DNA of 57,402 bases from assembly GCA_045535455.1 (NCBI GenBank), contig JAZSLQ010000114.1, positions 1 to 57,402 of the forward strand, read 5' to 3'. Origin of the DNA: Kiritimatiellia bacterium (GTDB taxonomy: Bacteria; Verrucomicrobiota; Kiritimatiellia; RFP12; UBA1067). Shown one piece after another: positions 1 through 9,721 of this stretch. The position numbers were made by a program, and so were the translations under genes. The notes below the pieces were generated by a model that ran no database searches, was not told the DNA's origin, and was given only the letters and a program-made list of their open reading frames with translations. Position 1 is the first letter of the stretch. Each line of letters begins with the position of its first letter.

Positions 1-255
1 TTGTCTTCCTAAGACCGCTTGGCCTCCGACTTCGGCACCGGCCGTACGCTTCATCCCGACAACATGGCGGCGGGCCCGTCCAGCTACGGCATGACCGACA
101 CCATGGGCCGCATGCACTCCGACGCGCAGTTCGCGGGCTCGAGCTCGGTTCCTGCGCACGTCGAGATGATGGGCCTCATCGGCATGGGCAACAACCCGAT
201 GGTCGGCGCGACGGTTGCCGTCGCAGTCGCCGTTGAGGAAAGCTTCAAGAAGTAA
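1..255 (+). CDS. GGGtGRT family protein, C-terminal fragment (5' end outside window)
   Basis: C-terminus HPDNMAAGPSSYGMTDTMGRMHSDAQFAGSSSVPAHVEMMGLIGMGNNPMVGATVAVAV matches my recollection of the conserved GGGtGRT family end. Confidence 0.8.
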
Positions 256-271
256 TCTTCCCAAAAGCAGG

Positions 272-313
272 AAAAGGGGGCGCGGAACGATTGTCCGCGC
301 TCCCTTTTTGTTT
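272..313. terminator. Intrinsic terminator, probably bidirectional
   Basis: AAAAGGGGGCGCGGA-loop-TCCGCGCTCCCTTTTTGTTT just after the stop at 255. Confidence 0.8.
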
Positions 314-367
314 GCAAAAGCCCTTGTTATGTTTATCGCGGGAAAGTCGCGGCAGCTGCCCGTTTTA

Positions 368-376
368 TGGTATAAT
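368..376 (+). promoter_or_regulatory. Extended -10 promoter of the APE-like operon
   Basis: TGGTATAAT, 8 nt before ATG 385, no Shine-Dalgarno (SD). Confidence 0.7.
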
Positions 377-384
377 ACGCGAAA

Positions 385-663
385 ATGAAACGAGAAACTC
401 TTGAAGCGGAAATAAGGAATGTCGTTCTGTCGTCCGTCGAAGTGGACGGTCTTACCGCAGAAGACCTTCCTTCTGATGTCGCGCTTTTCGGCGACGGAGT
501 CGGTCTAGACAGCATTGACGCTCTTGAAATCGGCGCCGCGCTCCGAAAGAAATACCAGGTTAAATTCAAGGCGAATTCCGATGAGAACCGTGAGCATTTC
601 AAGACGATAGCGTCGCTCGCGTCCTTCATCGCCGCAAACGCCGGCATAGAGCTTGAGGACTGA
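385..663 (+). CDS. Acyl carrier protein (APE ACP1, ApeE-like)
   Basis: LFGDGVGLDSIDALE phosphopantetheine attachment motif; typical APE ACP features. Confidence 0.9.
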   Translation: MKRETLEAEIRNVVLSSVEVDGLTAEDLPSDVALFGDGVGLDSIDALEIGAALRKKYQVKFKANSDENREHFKTIASLASFIAANAGIELED

Positions 664-667
664 ACTC

Positions 668-940
668 ATGAAGAACACGAAAGACGAGATACTTGAAAAG
701 ATATCGGCGGTGCTTGCCGACGAGTTCGAGATCGATGCGGCTAAGCTAACGCCAGACGCCCGGCTTTTCGAAGACCTCGATCTCGACAGCATCGATGCCG
801 TAGACCTGGTAGTCAGGCTTCAGCAGGCAACGGGTGTAAAGGTCAAGGCAGAAGACTTCAAGTCAATACGCACGCTGGGCGACGTCGCCGAAGTGACGGC
901 GCGTCTTGTTGAAGAGCAGGCCGTTCAGGGCGGCGTATGA
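668..940 (+). CDS. Acyl carrier protein (APE ACP2, ApeF-like)
   Basis: LFEDLDLDSIDAVDL motif; start set at ATG 668. Confidence 0.9.
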   Translation: MKNTKDEILEKISAVLADEFEIDAAKLTPDARLFEDLDLDSIDAVDLVVRLQQATGVKVKAEDFKSIRTLGDVAEVTARLVEEQAVQGGV

Positions 941-1338
941 CTTCGAGCCGCATCAGCCTTGTGGCCCGCATTGCCTTGGCGCCGCTTGTAGTGCTGGCGC
1001 TTTATCTTCTCAAGGCAAACGTATGGTTCAGGCTGTATCCAGTGCTGATGGTTGCCGTGGCTCTCGTCGTGTTCGCGATTTCCCTGTGGCGTACGCCGCT
1101 TGTCGAGGTCTTTGCCCGCCGCATGGGCGAGACGCTGGACGCCCGTGGCGTCGTGTACTGCCGTCGCGTGACGGTGGTATGGACTGTGTTCTTGTCGATA
1201 CACCTTGTGGTGACGTTCTTGACGGTGTTTGCCTCGCATGAGACATGGGCTTTGTACAACGGCGTCCTTGCGTATCTGATGATGGGGGCGCTTTTCGTCG
1301 GAGAATGGCTGTTCAGGCGGAGGTATAGGCGTGGCTGA
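937..1338 (+). CDS. APE-cluster membrane protein (ApeG/COG4648-like)
   Basis: LYPVL, YCRRVT..W, WALYNG, GEWLFR motifs; about 4 TM segments; position after the ACP pair. Confidence 0.75.
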   Translation: MTSSRISLVARIALAPLVVLALYLLKANVWFRLYPVLMVAVALVVFAISLWRTPLVEVFARRMGETLDARGVVYCRRVTVVWTVFLSIHLVVTFLTVFASHETWALYNGVLAYLMMGALFVGEWLFRRRYRRG

Positions 1339-2647
1339 CGTGGCTTTCTCCACTTCCGGATCGACCGGCGACTCCAAGCGGATATTGCGCTCGGAGGCGT
1401 CGCTTTCGGCTGATGCTCTCGCGCTGGTGTCGGCGTTTCCCGACTTGTGGAGCTCCTGTGACGCCGTAGTGGCGACGATCAGGCCGGAGCACATGTACGG
1501 TGCGCTTTGGCGCGTGCGCGCGCCAGCTGTAGCCAAGGTGGAGGTCGAGCCCGCCGTCGTCATTTCCGTCGAGGAAGTCGTCGCCGCCTGTGCGCGGCAC
1601 GGGCGCATACTCTTCGTCACGACGCCTTCCTTTCTCGAAAAGGCGCTGCATCATCCAGACTTCCCCGCGCTGAAAGGTGGAGTAATCGGTGTTGTCACGT
1701 CCGGCAGCTTGTTGCGGCGAGAGACGGCGTTGGCGGTCGCAAATGCGCTTGGCGTCTGTCCTCTGGAGATATTCGGCAGCACTGAAACCGGCACCGTCGC
1801 CTGGCGTCGCCAGGTCGAAGGCGAGGAGTGGCATGTCATGCAGGGCGTACGCGCCTTTGCTGCGGAAGACGGAAGATTGGTCGTGGACTCTCCGTTTGCG
1901 ATGTCACGCCCGTTCAAGATGTCCGACGCCGTCAAGTTCGTGTCAGAAAGCGCGTTTCTGCTGCTTGGGCGTACGGACCGCATGGTGAAGGTCCTCGAGA
2001 AGTACGTCTCGCTTGTGGAGATCGAGCGTGCTTTCGAGTCCCATCCGCTCGTCGCCAGTGCCCGCGCTGCAGTCTGTCCAGGAGACGTGTCGCGCATAGG
2101 CGTCCTTGTCGTGCCCAATGGCGAAGGCCGTGCGGCGCTCGCCTCCGGGTCGTATTCTGCGGTCGCGTCGCTCCTTCGCCGCGACTTGCTGCCGTCTGTC
2201 GGTGGCGCGGCCTTCCCTCGGCGCCTTAGGTTCGTTCGGGAGCTTCCTGTCAACGAGCAGGGCAAGGCAACGGCATTCGCGGTGCAGTCGGAGCTTGCGG
2301 AGTGGTGCCAGGAGCCCGTCGTGCTTGACTGGCGCGAGACTGGCGCCGAAATATCCGCGAAGCTGGTGTTCCCTCCCGACTCGGAGTTTTTCAAGGGGCA
2401 CTTCCCCGGCTTCCCTGTGCTGCCCGGCGTGGCGCAGCTCTATGTCCTCTGCCGTTTTGCCGGACGTGCGTTTGGCGACTTTCCGCCTGTCGCGGTCTAT
2501 CGGCGTCTCAAGTTTCAGCGGATAATATTGCCCGGACGCGAGGTGGAGTTTGCGGTGTCGCGACGCGGGGAGGGCAGTTTCGAGTTCTCATTCTCCTGCG
2601 CAAACGGGCCGTGTTCGTCCGGAATCGTGGAAAGGTCGGCGTCATGA
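1331..2647 (+). CDS. Acyl-ACP/AMP ligase fused to hot-dog dehydratase (ApeH-ApeI-like)
   Basis: STSGSTG, HMYG, EIFGSTETG, GRTDR adenylation motifs; C-terminal FFKGHFPGFPVLPGVAQL FabA/FabZ motif. Confidence 0.85.
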   Translation: MADVAFSTSGSTGDSKRILRSEASLSADALALVSAFPDLWSSCDAVVATIRPEHMYGALWRVRAPAVAKVEVEPAVVISVEEVVAACARHGRILFVTTPSFLEKALHHPDFPALKGGVIGVVTSGSLLRRETALAVANALGVCPLEIFGSTETGTVAWRRQVEGEEWHVMQGVRAFAAEDGRLVVDSPFAMSRPFKMSDAVKFVSESAFLLLGRTDRMVKVLEKYVSLVEIERAFESHPLVASARAAVCPGDVSRIGVLVVPNGEGRAALASGSYSAVASLLRRDLLPSVGGAAFPRRLRFVRELPVNEQGKATAFAVQSELAEWCQEPVVLDWRETGAEISAKLVFPPDSEFFKGHFPGFPVLPGVAQLYVLCRFAGRAFGDFPPVAVYRRLKFQRIILPGREVEFAVSRRGEGSFEFSFSCANGPCSSGIVERSAS

Positions 2648-3219
2648 GCCTGAGGCATGCAGTGGCCTTGGTAGCGTTCGTGTCGGCGATCGCTTCGCAG
2701 GCGGCGTTGGACGTCGATTCGCAAGGCGTAGTCGCGCTACAGAAGGCCTTGGGCTCCAGCGCGACATGGACGATGGAGAGGAAGTTCCCTGAATCTGTCC
2801 GGACGCTTGTCTCCACTGGCACCGTCGACTGCGTGGTCGGCACTGGCATACAGTGGCGCGTTCTTCATCCGTTTCCGTCGTCCGTGGAGATGACGGTGGA
2901 TTCCATGGTCTTCGAGGACGAAGACGGTCGGCGCATCAAGAAGCTTGCAGACATGCCCTATTATTCGGCCATACGTGAAAAGGCGGATGCCTTTGCGCGT
3001 GGAGACACGTCTGCGTTCGACGAGTTGTTCGAGATGTCCTCGTCTGCCCTGGACTGCGGAGGCTGGGTGCTGACGATGAAGCCAAAGCAGTCGGCGCTGC
3101 GTCGGCTTTTCACGTCTGTCGAGCTGTCCGGCGACCGGGCTTTTACAAACGCCGTGCTTCGTGCAGGCGACGGCGGAGTTTCGGTCATCCGCTTTGTGGA
3201 GCGGTCGCGTGGCAAATAG
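2644..3219 (+). CDS. LolA-like periplasmic carrier protein (ApeL-like)
   Basis: Signal peptide; LVSTG..GIQW...PF and GWVLTMKPK LolA-like segments; ATGA overlap with upstream stop. Confidence 0.7.
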   Translation: MSLRHAVALVAFVSAIASQAALDVDSQGVVALQKALGSSATWTMERKFPESVRTLVSTGTVDCVVGTGIQWRVLHPFPSSVEMTVDSMVFEDEDGRRIKKLADMPYYSAIREKADAFARGDTSAFDELFEMSSSALDCGGWVLTMKPKQSALRRLFTSVELSGDRAFTNAVLRAGDGGVSVIRFVERSRGK

Positions 3220-6166
3220 GGGAGCCATCGCCTGTGTGGTGGTGCCGCTAGCGCTTGCGTCGGCCTGCGCCATGCTGCTTGCAACGCGCCACGTCGAGTT
3301 AAAGACCTCGATCTACGATCTTGTCGGCGACGTCGCCACGGCCATTCCCGCCGCCGTGCGGGAGCGTTCTTCCAACGTTGTGCCGGTCATCGTGTCTTCG
3401 CAAGACTTTGCCGCCGCGCGTTCAGCAGCCGAGTCGCTGGCCGATCGTCTTTCTGCGGATGACTGCGTGTCGGTGCGCTGCCGTCTTGCCGGCGACGAGA
3501 TGGCGGCGATCCTTGACGTGTTCAGCAGCCGCTGCGCCGGGCTTGCCTCCGAGCGCGACGCGTCGATGCTCACGACCACCGAGGGGCGTAGCCGCCTTGC
3601 TCGCGCAGCGGCGAGGAAGTATTATTCGTCGCCCATTCCGCCTCTGTTCGCCCCAGCGAAAGACCCGTTTTGCCTTGCCGACGGGTTTGTGGCTTCGCTT
3701 CCGCGGTCCGTTTCTGGGTGGGGGCTGAAGGAAGGTGTTCTCGCCGCAGAGCAAAACGGTGTTTCGCATGTGCTCGTCTCGATGACATTGAAGCGCAGCG
3801 TCGCGGACGACGCAGATGCGCTTGTGGCGTTTCGGGCACGGCTCCGCTCGGCTATCGACGGAGAGCGGCTCCGTCATGCAGAAGTAGAATACAGCGTGTG
3901 CGGGGTGCCCATGCACACTGCGGCGGCGGCTGGCAGGTGCAAGTGGGAGATCGGCTGGCTTACGTGTGTATCTCTGCTCTTCATCGCCATGCTCTCGGCG
4001 CTGGTGTTCAGGTCCGTGAAGTGGATTCCGCTCCTCGTGTCCACCTTTCTTGTGGCGGCGTCGGCCGGGGCTTTCGTCTTGGTGCTGTGTTTTTCCTCCA
4101 TTCATGTCATGTCGCTTGTATTGGGAACGACTGTCCTCGGCTTGGTCGTTGACTATTCGTTTCATTGGCTGTTGCAGCAAGGCCGCCGCCGGGAAGTCGT
4201 CTGGGGCCTTCTCGTGTCCTTTGCGACAACTGAAATTAGTTTTCTGCCGCTCGTCCTCTCGACTTTGCCGATCCTTCGCCAGTCGTTCGTGTTTCTTGGC
4301 GTCGGGTTGGCGTCGGCGCTTGCCTTCGTCCTTCTTGCATATCCGAGCCAGGAACCAAGCGGTGTTGAGAGGAGTGGTGTTGCGCCCCATTGCGGTCTCG
4401 GCAGATGCGTCGTCTTGCTTCGGGCGTTGTTGCTTATCGTCTTGGCAGCGGCTGTTTTCGGGCTGTCCCGCGTTCGCTTCGCCACCGATCCGCAGGATCT
4501 CTACAGGCCCGATGCGGAAATTGCCGCGGCCGAGCGGCTTTTCGCGGAGCTTGGTGGCACTGCGGATGGAAAAGGCGGTTTTGTCGTCACTTCTGGCTCT
4601 GACGACCTTGAGACGCTGCTTGAGCGCGAGGCCGCGGTCGGTCTGCCGGAGTCTGTGCCATGCGCTTCCCGCGTCCTGTTGCCGCTTTCGAGGCGCCTCG
4701 CGAACGTTTCGCTCGAGGATCGGCTGCGTGAGGAGCAGGGTGAACGGCAGTGCGAACTACTGGGACTCGCCGCGCTGCCGGGGATTGAGCGACCGTTGCC
4801 ATGGCAGTGGGAAGACGTCCCGCAGCCATTCGTCGGCTCTCTTGTCGTCGGCAATTCGCTTGTCGCAAGGGTGACGGCCGAACCGAAGGGGCCATTGCCG
4901 GAGGGCGTCGTCTTCTGTCGCCCGAAGGAGACTATCGGCAGGATTCTTTCGGACTGGACCAGTGAGGCGCGAAATCGGCTTTGCGTATCCTTCCTGCTAA
5001 TGTTTGTCGTGCTTGCCGTGTTCTTCGGGCGCTCTGCGCTGGCCGTGTCGTTCCCGTCGGTCTTTGCGGTCTGCGTCGTCTGGGGTGCCATTTCCTTGAG
5101 CGGCGCGAGCGTGAACTTGTTTCACGTCCTTGCGTGCTTCTTGCTTGTCGGCATGAGCGTGGACTATACGGTGTTCCTGCGTTCTGGCGGGCGTGATGCG
5201 CTGAAGCCGGTGCTGTGCTCGCTTCTCACGAGCATGGTCGGCTTCGGGGCGCTTGCATTCGTGTCGTTCCCCGTGGTCAGTGCATTCGGCAAGGTTCTTG
5301 GAATCGGCCTTCCCACGGCTTTCCTCTGCGCCATCGCGGTGGCGCCAAGTCGATGTGCCGTGCCCTCGACGCCGCAGACCGAGCATGGTGCTTCGCCTTT
5401 GGGTCTTGAAGTCCTTTTCCTCGCGTATCGGGTGTTCGGACTGAGGGTGCTGCATTTCTGCTCCGGCTGCGTCGGTCTTTGCGTATGGGCTTTTTCGGGC
5501 GCAGTCCGCAGGGCTTCGCCGTCGCCAAGGAAGGTAGCGGCGTTTACCTGTTCGCTCGCAGACAAGCTTGTCGTCATGGCCGAAGGCCCTCGCCTGCCAA
5601 CGGTTGAGCTCGACGACTCGCGCGACGCTGCGGCCTTTGCATCAGATGTCGCCGCGAAGAAAGGCGTCTTTGTCCTTTCTTCGCACTGCGGGACAATCGA
5701 GGTGCTTGCCGCGCTCGGAGAGTGCGACGTGACGTTCCATGCGTGGATGGAGTTTTCGCGCACGTCGGTCTTCAACAGCTTTTACATGCGCCATGCGCGG
5801 CGCGGCAAGGTCGTGATCCATCCGATATCGGAATTCGGCATGGAGACCGTGTTCGAGGCGGGCGACGCGCTTGACTCCGGCGACTGCCTCGTTATGGCGG
5901 GCGACCGCGGGTTTGGGAGGATGATGGGCGTTCCGTTCCGAGGCGGCGAGCTGAAACTTCCCGAAGGCGCGTTTCGCTTTGCCAACTCGCTTGGACATCC
6001 GGTTTACTTCGTCGCCTGCGTCGCGACTGGCCCGTGCCGCTACAGGGCGGTAGTCCGCAGGCTGCCGTCCGGTGCGCATGACATGGCGCGCGTCTATGCG
6101 TCTGCGCTCGATGAAGTTTCGGCTGAGTTTCCCGAACAGTGGTTTAGATGGGAAGGAGAGGTGTGA
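3209..6166 (+). CDS. MMPL/RND exporter (ApeM-like) fused to a C-terminal LpxL-family acyltransferase
   Basis: Two TM bundles with GLVVDY and GMSVDY; C-terminal SSHCGTIE, AGDR, PEQWF motifs; start set at GTG 3209 (GGAG upstream). Confidence 0.8.
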   Translation: MANRGAIACVVVPLALASACAMLLATRHVELKTSIYDLVGDVATAIPAAVRERSSNVVPVIVSSQDFAAARSAAESLADRLSADDCVSVRCRLAGDEMAAILDVFSSRCAGLASERDASMLTTTEGRSRLARAAARKYYSSPIPPLFAPAKDPFCLADGFVASLPRSVSGWGLKEGVLAAEQNGVSHVLVSMTLKRSVADDADALVAFRARLRSAIDGERLRHAEVEYSVCGVPMHTAAAAGRCKWEIGWLTCVSLLFIAMLSALVFRSVKWIPLLVSTFLVAASAGAFVLVLCFSSIHVMSLVLGTTVLGLVVDYSFHWLLQQGRRREVVWGLLVSFATTEISFLPLVLSTLPILRQSFVFLGVGLASALAFVLLAYPSQEPSGVERSGVAPHCGLGRCVVLLRALLLIVLAAAVFGLSRVRFATDPQDLYRPDAEIAAAERLFAELGGTADGKGGFVVTSGSDDLETLLEREAAVGLPESVPCASRVLLPLSRRLANVSLEDRLREEQGERQCELLGLAALPGIERPLPWQWEDVPQPFVGSLVVGNSLVARVTAEPKGPLPEGVVFCRPKETIGRILSDWTSEARNRLCVSFLLMFVVLAVFFGRSALAVSFPSVFAVCVVWGAISLSGASVNLFHVLACFLLVGMSVDYTVFLRSGGRDALKPVLCSLLTSMVGFGALAFVSFPVVSAFGKVLGIGLPTAFLCAIAVAPSRCAVPSTPQTEHGASPLGLEVLFLAYRVFGLRVLHFCSGCVGLCVWAFSGAVRRASPSPRKVAAFTCSLADKLVVMAEGPRLPTVELDDSRDAAAFASDVAAKKGVFVLSSHCGTIEVLAALGECDVTFHAWMEFSRTSVFNSFYMRHARRGKVVIHPISEFGMETVFEAGDALDSGDCLVMAGDRGFGRMMGVPFRGGELKLPEGAFRFANSLGHPVYFVACVATGPCRYRAVVRRLPSGAHDMARVYASALDEVSAEFPEQWFRWEGEV

Positions 6167-7296
6167 TGGGTTATGTACTGACGGACATTGGCATAGTCTC
6201 CGCGCTTGGCTCTGGCGTGGCCGAGACGACGGAGAGGATGTTTGCAGGCGACGTTTCCGGCATGGTTGCCTTAGGCGGTCTTGTTGGCGGCGATTCGACG
6301 GTCTTCGGCTTCGCGCCGGAATCGGCTGTGTCGCCGGCGGCGATAGCCGCGGCCGGCACGCGAATAGGCGCAGTCCTCGACGCGGCGATGGCACAGCTCG
6401 CCCCTGCGCTCGACGCTCTTCGCCGCGAGATTCCTGCGAGCCGGATCGGCGCGGTCATCGGCACCAGCAATTCCACGATGGAGGAATTCACCGACAATCC
6501 AGATCGCATCGACATGGCGTATCCCGCGGAGCGGCTGAAGTCGAAGTGGGGCGTCGGCGGCCCGGCGTGGTCCGTCTCTACGGCGTGTTCGTCGTCGGCC
6601 AAGGTGTTCGCGTCCGCGAGGCGCCTTCTGGACAGCGACATCTGCGACGCCGTGGTTGTCGGCGGCGCGGATGCGTACACGCGCACGGTCGTCGAGGGCT
6701 TCCATGCTCTTGAGGCGCTGTCGCCCTCGTTGACAAGGCCCCTTGCGGCGGATCGCCGCGGCATAAATCTTGGCGAGGGTGCGGCGGTGTTCCTGCTAAG
6801 GCGAGGCGACGTCGCCGGAATAGAGTTGCTTGGCGTTGGAGAGAGTTCGGACGCCTACCATCTCACGGCGCCTGACCCGGACGGCCTTGGCGCCGAGGCG
6901 TCGATGCGAGCAGCGCTGGCCGACGCCGGCCTTTCGCCGCGTGACGTCGACTACGTGAACTTGCATGGCACGGGGACGACGTACAACGACGCCATGGAGT
7001 GCGCGGCGGTACGTCGCGTCTTTGGCGATTCCGTGCCGTGCTCATCCACGAAGCCGATGACAGGCCATTGTCTCGGCGCTGCGGGCGCAATAGAGGTCGC
7101 GCTTTGCTGGCTGGCCATCCGCCGCGGCTGCGGAATGCCGCCGCATTGCGTCTCGCCGGTCGATCTCGGTCTTGCGCCGTTCCCCGTTCCGCAGATTGGC
7201 GACAACGGCAAGATTGGCGTCGCACTGACGAACTCGTTCGCCTTCGGCGGCAGCAACGCCACGGTTGTAATCGGATCGCGCGGGAATATGGTATAA
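6166..7296 (+). CDS. Beta-ketoacyl-ACP synthase (ApeO-like)
   Basis: STACSSSAK, NLHGTGT, GHCLGAAG, NSFAFGGSN motifs. Confidence 0.9.
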   Translation: MGYVLTDIGIVSALGSGVAETTERMFAGDVSGMVALGGLVGGDSTVFGFAPESAVSPAAIAAAGTRIGAVLDAAMAQLAPALDALRREIPASRIGAVIGTSNSTMEEFTDNPDRIDMAYPAERLKSKWGVGGPAWSVSTACSSSAKVFASARRLLDSDICDAVVVGGADAYTRTVVEGFHALEALSPSLTRPLAADRRGINLGEGAAVFLLRRGDVAGIELLGVGESSDAYHLTAPDPDGLGAEASMRAALADAGLSPRDVDYVNLHGTGTTYNDAMECAAVRRVFGDSVPCSSTKPMTGHCLGAAGAIEVALCWLAIRRGCGMPPHCVSPVDLGLAPFPVPQIGDNGKIGVALTNSFAFGGSNATVVIGSRGNMV

Positions 7297-7297
7297 T
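7289..7297 (+). promoter_or_regulatory. Internal extended -10 promoter overlapping the KS stop codon
   Basis: TGGTATAAT, 8 nt before ATG 7306. Confidence 0.6.
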
Positions 7298-7305
7298 AAC
7301 CGCGA

Positions 7306-7779
7306 ATGACAAGCGAAGTAGATGTAAACGTGGCCGAACTGCTTCCGCAGAGCGAGCCGATGGTCTTGTTGTCGGGGTGCAGCCCGCAGCGGACCCCGGA
7401 AGCCATCGATGCGTGGGTTGACATCTCTCCATCGTCGCAGTTTTACATGTCGTCGATGAATGGCGTTCCCGGCTGCGTCGCCTTGGAGTACATGGCGCAG
7501 GCGATGGCCCTCTGCGTTGGGTTCTGCCGTCGGCGGAAGGGCCTTGCGCCGAAGCTGGGGTTTGTGCTTGGGTCTCGTCGGCTTTCGATCTTCGTTCCGT
7601 GTTTCCGCAATGGCGAGCGCTATTCGGTGCAGGCGACCTGCGTTTACGAGGACGAGTCGTTTGCATCGTTCAAGTGCTCGATTTCCGATGCGCGCGGTTC
7701 CGTCGCGGCCGAGGCGCAGCTTAGCGCCTTTCAGCCGGAAGACGGGCTTTCGCGCGACAAACTGGAGGAATTTGCATGA
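7306..7779 (+). CDS. Hot-dog fold 3-hydroxyacyl-ACP dehydratase (ApeP-like)
   Basis: LLPQSEPMVLL, EYMAQ, GFVLGSR motifs. Confidence 0.85.
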   Translation: MTSEVDVNVAELLPQSEPMVLLSGCSPQRTPEAIDAWVDISPSSQFYMSSMNGVPGCVALEYMAQAMALCVGFCRRRKGLAPKLGFVLGSRRLSIFVPCFRNGERYSVQATCVYEDESFASFKCSISDARGSVAAEAQLSAFQPEDGLSRDKLEEFA

Positions 7780-8498
7780 AGAAGGTTCTGGTAACAGGCT
7801 CAAGCCGCGGTATCGGACGGGCGATCGCTCTGGGACTTGCCCGCGCCGGATACGATCCTGTCCTGCATTGCGTCAGCAGGATTGACGCCGCGGAAGAAGT
7901 CGCGAAGGCCGTGAAGGCGCTCGGTTGCACAGGCGAGATATTGCGGTTCGACATATCGAACAGAGACGAGTCCAAGGCGGCGCTTGACGCATGGGTCGCG
8001 GCAAACGGCGCTCCGTACGGCGTCGTCCTCAACGCCGGCATCGTTGACGACAACGCGTTCCCCGCGCTTGAGGACGAGCAATGGGATCGAGTGCTGCGAA
8101 CGGACCTTGACGGCTTCTACAATGTCTTGAAGCCTCTTGTCCTTCCAATGGTCCAGGCAAGGGCCGGAGGGCGCATCGTCGTGCTGTCGTCCATGTCAGG
8201 CGTCGCCGGGAACCGCGGGCAGACGAACTACGCCGCGGCCAAGGCCGGCGTGATCGGCGCGGCCAAGTCGCTCGCAGTGGAACTTGCGCGGCGCAAAATC
8301 ACGGTCAACTGCGTGGCTCCCGGCATAGTGGAGACCGACATGACAGACGGCATATTTGCGGACGAGGCATTGAAAGCCGTGCCGATGCGGCGTTTCGGCA
8401 CGCCAGACGAAGTCGCCGCCGCGGTTCTTTTCCTGATGTCTGACGGCGCCTCTTACATAACGCGGCAGGTGATACAGGTCAACGGGGGTATGTGCTGA
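7776..8498 (+). CDS. fabG: 3-oxoacyl-ACP reductase (ApeQ/FabG-like)
   Basis: TGSSRGIG, LNAGI..DNAFPAL, YAAAK SDR motifs. Confidence 0.9.
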   Translation: MKKVLVTGSSRGIGRAIALGLARAGYDPVLHCVSRIDAAEEVAKAVKALGCTGEILRFDISNRDESKAALDAWVAANGAPYGVVLNAGIVDDNAFPALEDEQWDRVLRTDLDGFYNVLKPLVLPMVQARAGGRIVVLSSMSGVAGNRGQTNYAAAKAGVIGAAKSLAVELARRKITVNCVAPGIVETDMTDGIFADEALKAVPMRRFGTPDEVAAAVLFLMSDGASYITRQVIQVNGGMC

Positions 8499-9721
8499 TG
8501 CGGAGAGTTGTCGTAACGGGGTATGGAATAGTCAGTTCGCTTGGGAATTCGATCCCGGCGGCGTTCGAGCGTTTGAAGACGCCTCGGAACTGCGTCGAGC
8601 GCTCCGAAGACCTCGCCGGCTACAAGGGGCTGCAGAGTTTCCTATGGGCTCCGTCGCATTTTGAGCGTCCGCCGGAGTACACGCGAAAGGTTGTCCGCAC
8701 GATGAGCCCGGTGTCGATAATGGCGCTCAACGCGACGGAACAGGCCCTTGCCCAGTCGGGGCTCCTGGGCGATCCGCTGGTGAAGGGCGGGCGTCTTGGC
8801 ATCGCCTATGGTTCCTGCTCGGGAAGCGTAACGGCGAATGGGGACTTTTTCAGCATGTTGGCCGGCCGCGAGGTCCGCAACGTGACGAGCTCAACGTACA
8901 TAAAGATGATGGCGCACACATGCGCTGTGAACCTTTCGGTCCACTTCGGCACGACAGGACGCCTGCTGCCTACTGGCACCGCCTGTACGTCGGGTTCCCT
9001 TGCCGTCGGAGAGTCCTACGAGTTGATTGCCTGGGGCAAGCAGGATGCCATGATCGCCGGCGGCGCCGAGGAATTCAGCGCGACGCAGGTCGCGGTGTTC
9101 GACACGCTTTTCGCCACCTCCCGCCGCAACGACTCGCCGCAGATTACCCCGCGGGCGTTTGACCGCGACCGTGACGGGCTTGTAATCGGAGACGGCGCCG
9201 CCACGTTGATACTCGAGGAGCGCGAGCATGCCCTTGCGCGCGGGGCAACAATCCTCGCAGAGATTGTCGGATACGGCACAAATACGGATGGCCGCCATGT
9301 CACGCAGCCGAACGCCGAGACCCAGGCGGAGGCGATTCGGCTTTCTCTGGAGAGCGCGGGAGTCTCGCCGCGGGACATTGGCTATGTTAACGCCCATGGA
9401 ACCGCCACGGAGCTCGGCGACATCGCCGAGGGCGTCTCGCTTGGAAAGGTGTTTGGCGACTGCCGTCCGCCCGTCAGCACGATAAAGGGCTATACCGGGC
9501 ATACGCTCGGCGCCTGCGGCGCCATTGAGGCCGCGATGACGATAGAGATGATGCGCCATGGATGGTTCGCGCCGAATCTCAACTTGGACAATCCCGACGA
9601 GCGTTGCGGCGACCATGATTTCATAACGGGTTCAGGGCGTTCGCTCGACGTGGAGTTCGCGATGTCCAACAACTTCGCTTTCGGCGGCGTTAACACGTCG
9701 CTCATCTTCCGCAGGGCATGA
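8498..9721 (+). CDS. Beta-ketoacyl-ACP synthase (ApeR/FabF-like)
   Basis: RRVVVTG, TACTSGS, NAHGTAT, GHTLGACG, NNFAFGGVN motifs. Confidence 0.9.
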   Translation: MRRVVVTGYGIVSSLGNSIPAAFERLKTPRNCVERSEDLAGYKGLQSFLWAPSHFERPPEYTRKVVRTMSPVSIMALNATEQALAQSGLLGDPLVKGGRLGIAYGSCSGSVTANGDFFSMLAGREVRNVTSSTYIKMMAHTCAVNLSVHFGTTGRLLPTGTACTSGSLAVGESYELIAWGKQDAMIAGGAEEFSATQVAVFDTLFATSRRNDSPQITPRAFDRDRDGLVIGDGAATLILEEREHALARGATILAEIVGYGTNTDGRHVTQPNAETQAEAIRLSLESAGVSPRDIGYVNAHGTATELGDIAEGVSLGKVFGDCRPPVSTIKGYTGHTLGACGAIEAAMTIEMMRHGWFAPNLNLDNPDERCGDHDFITGSGRSLDVEFAMSNNFAFGGVNTSLIFRRA

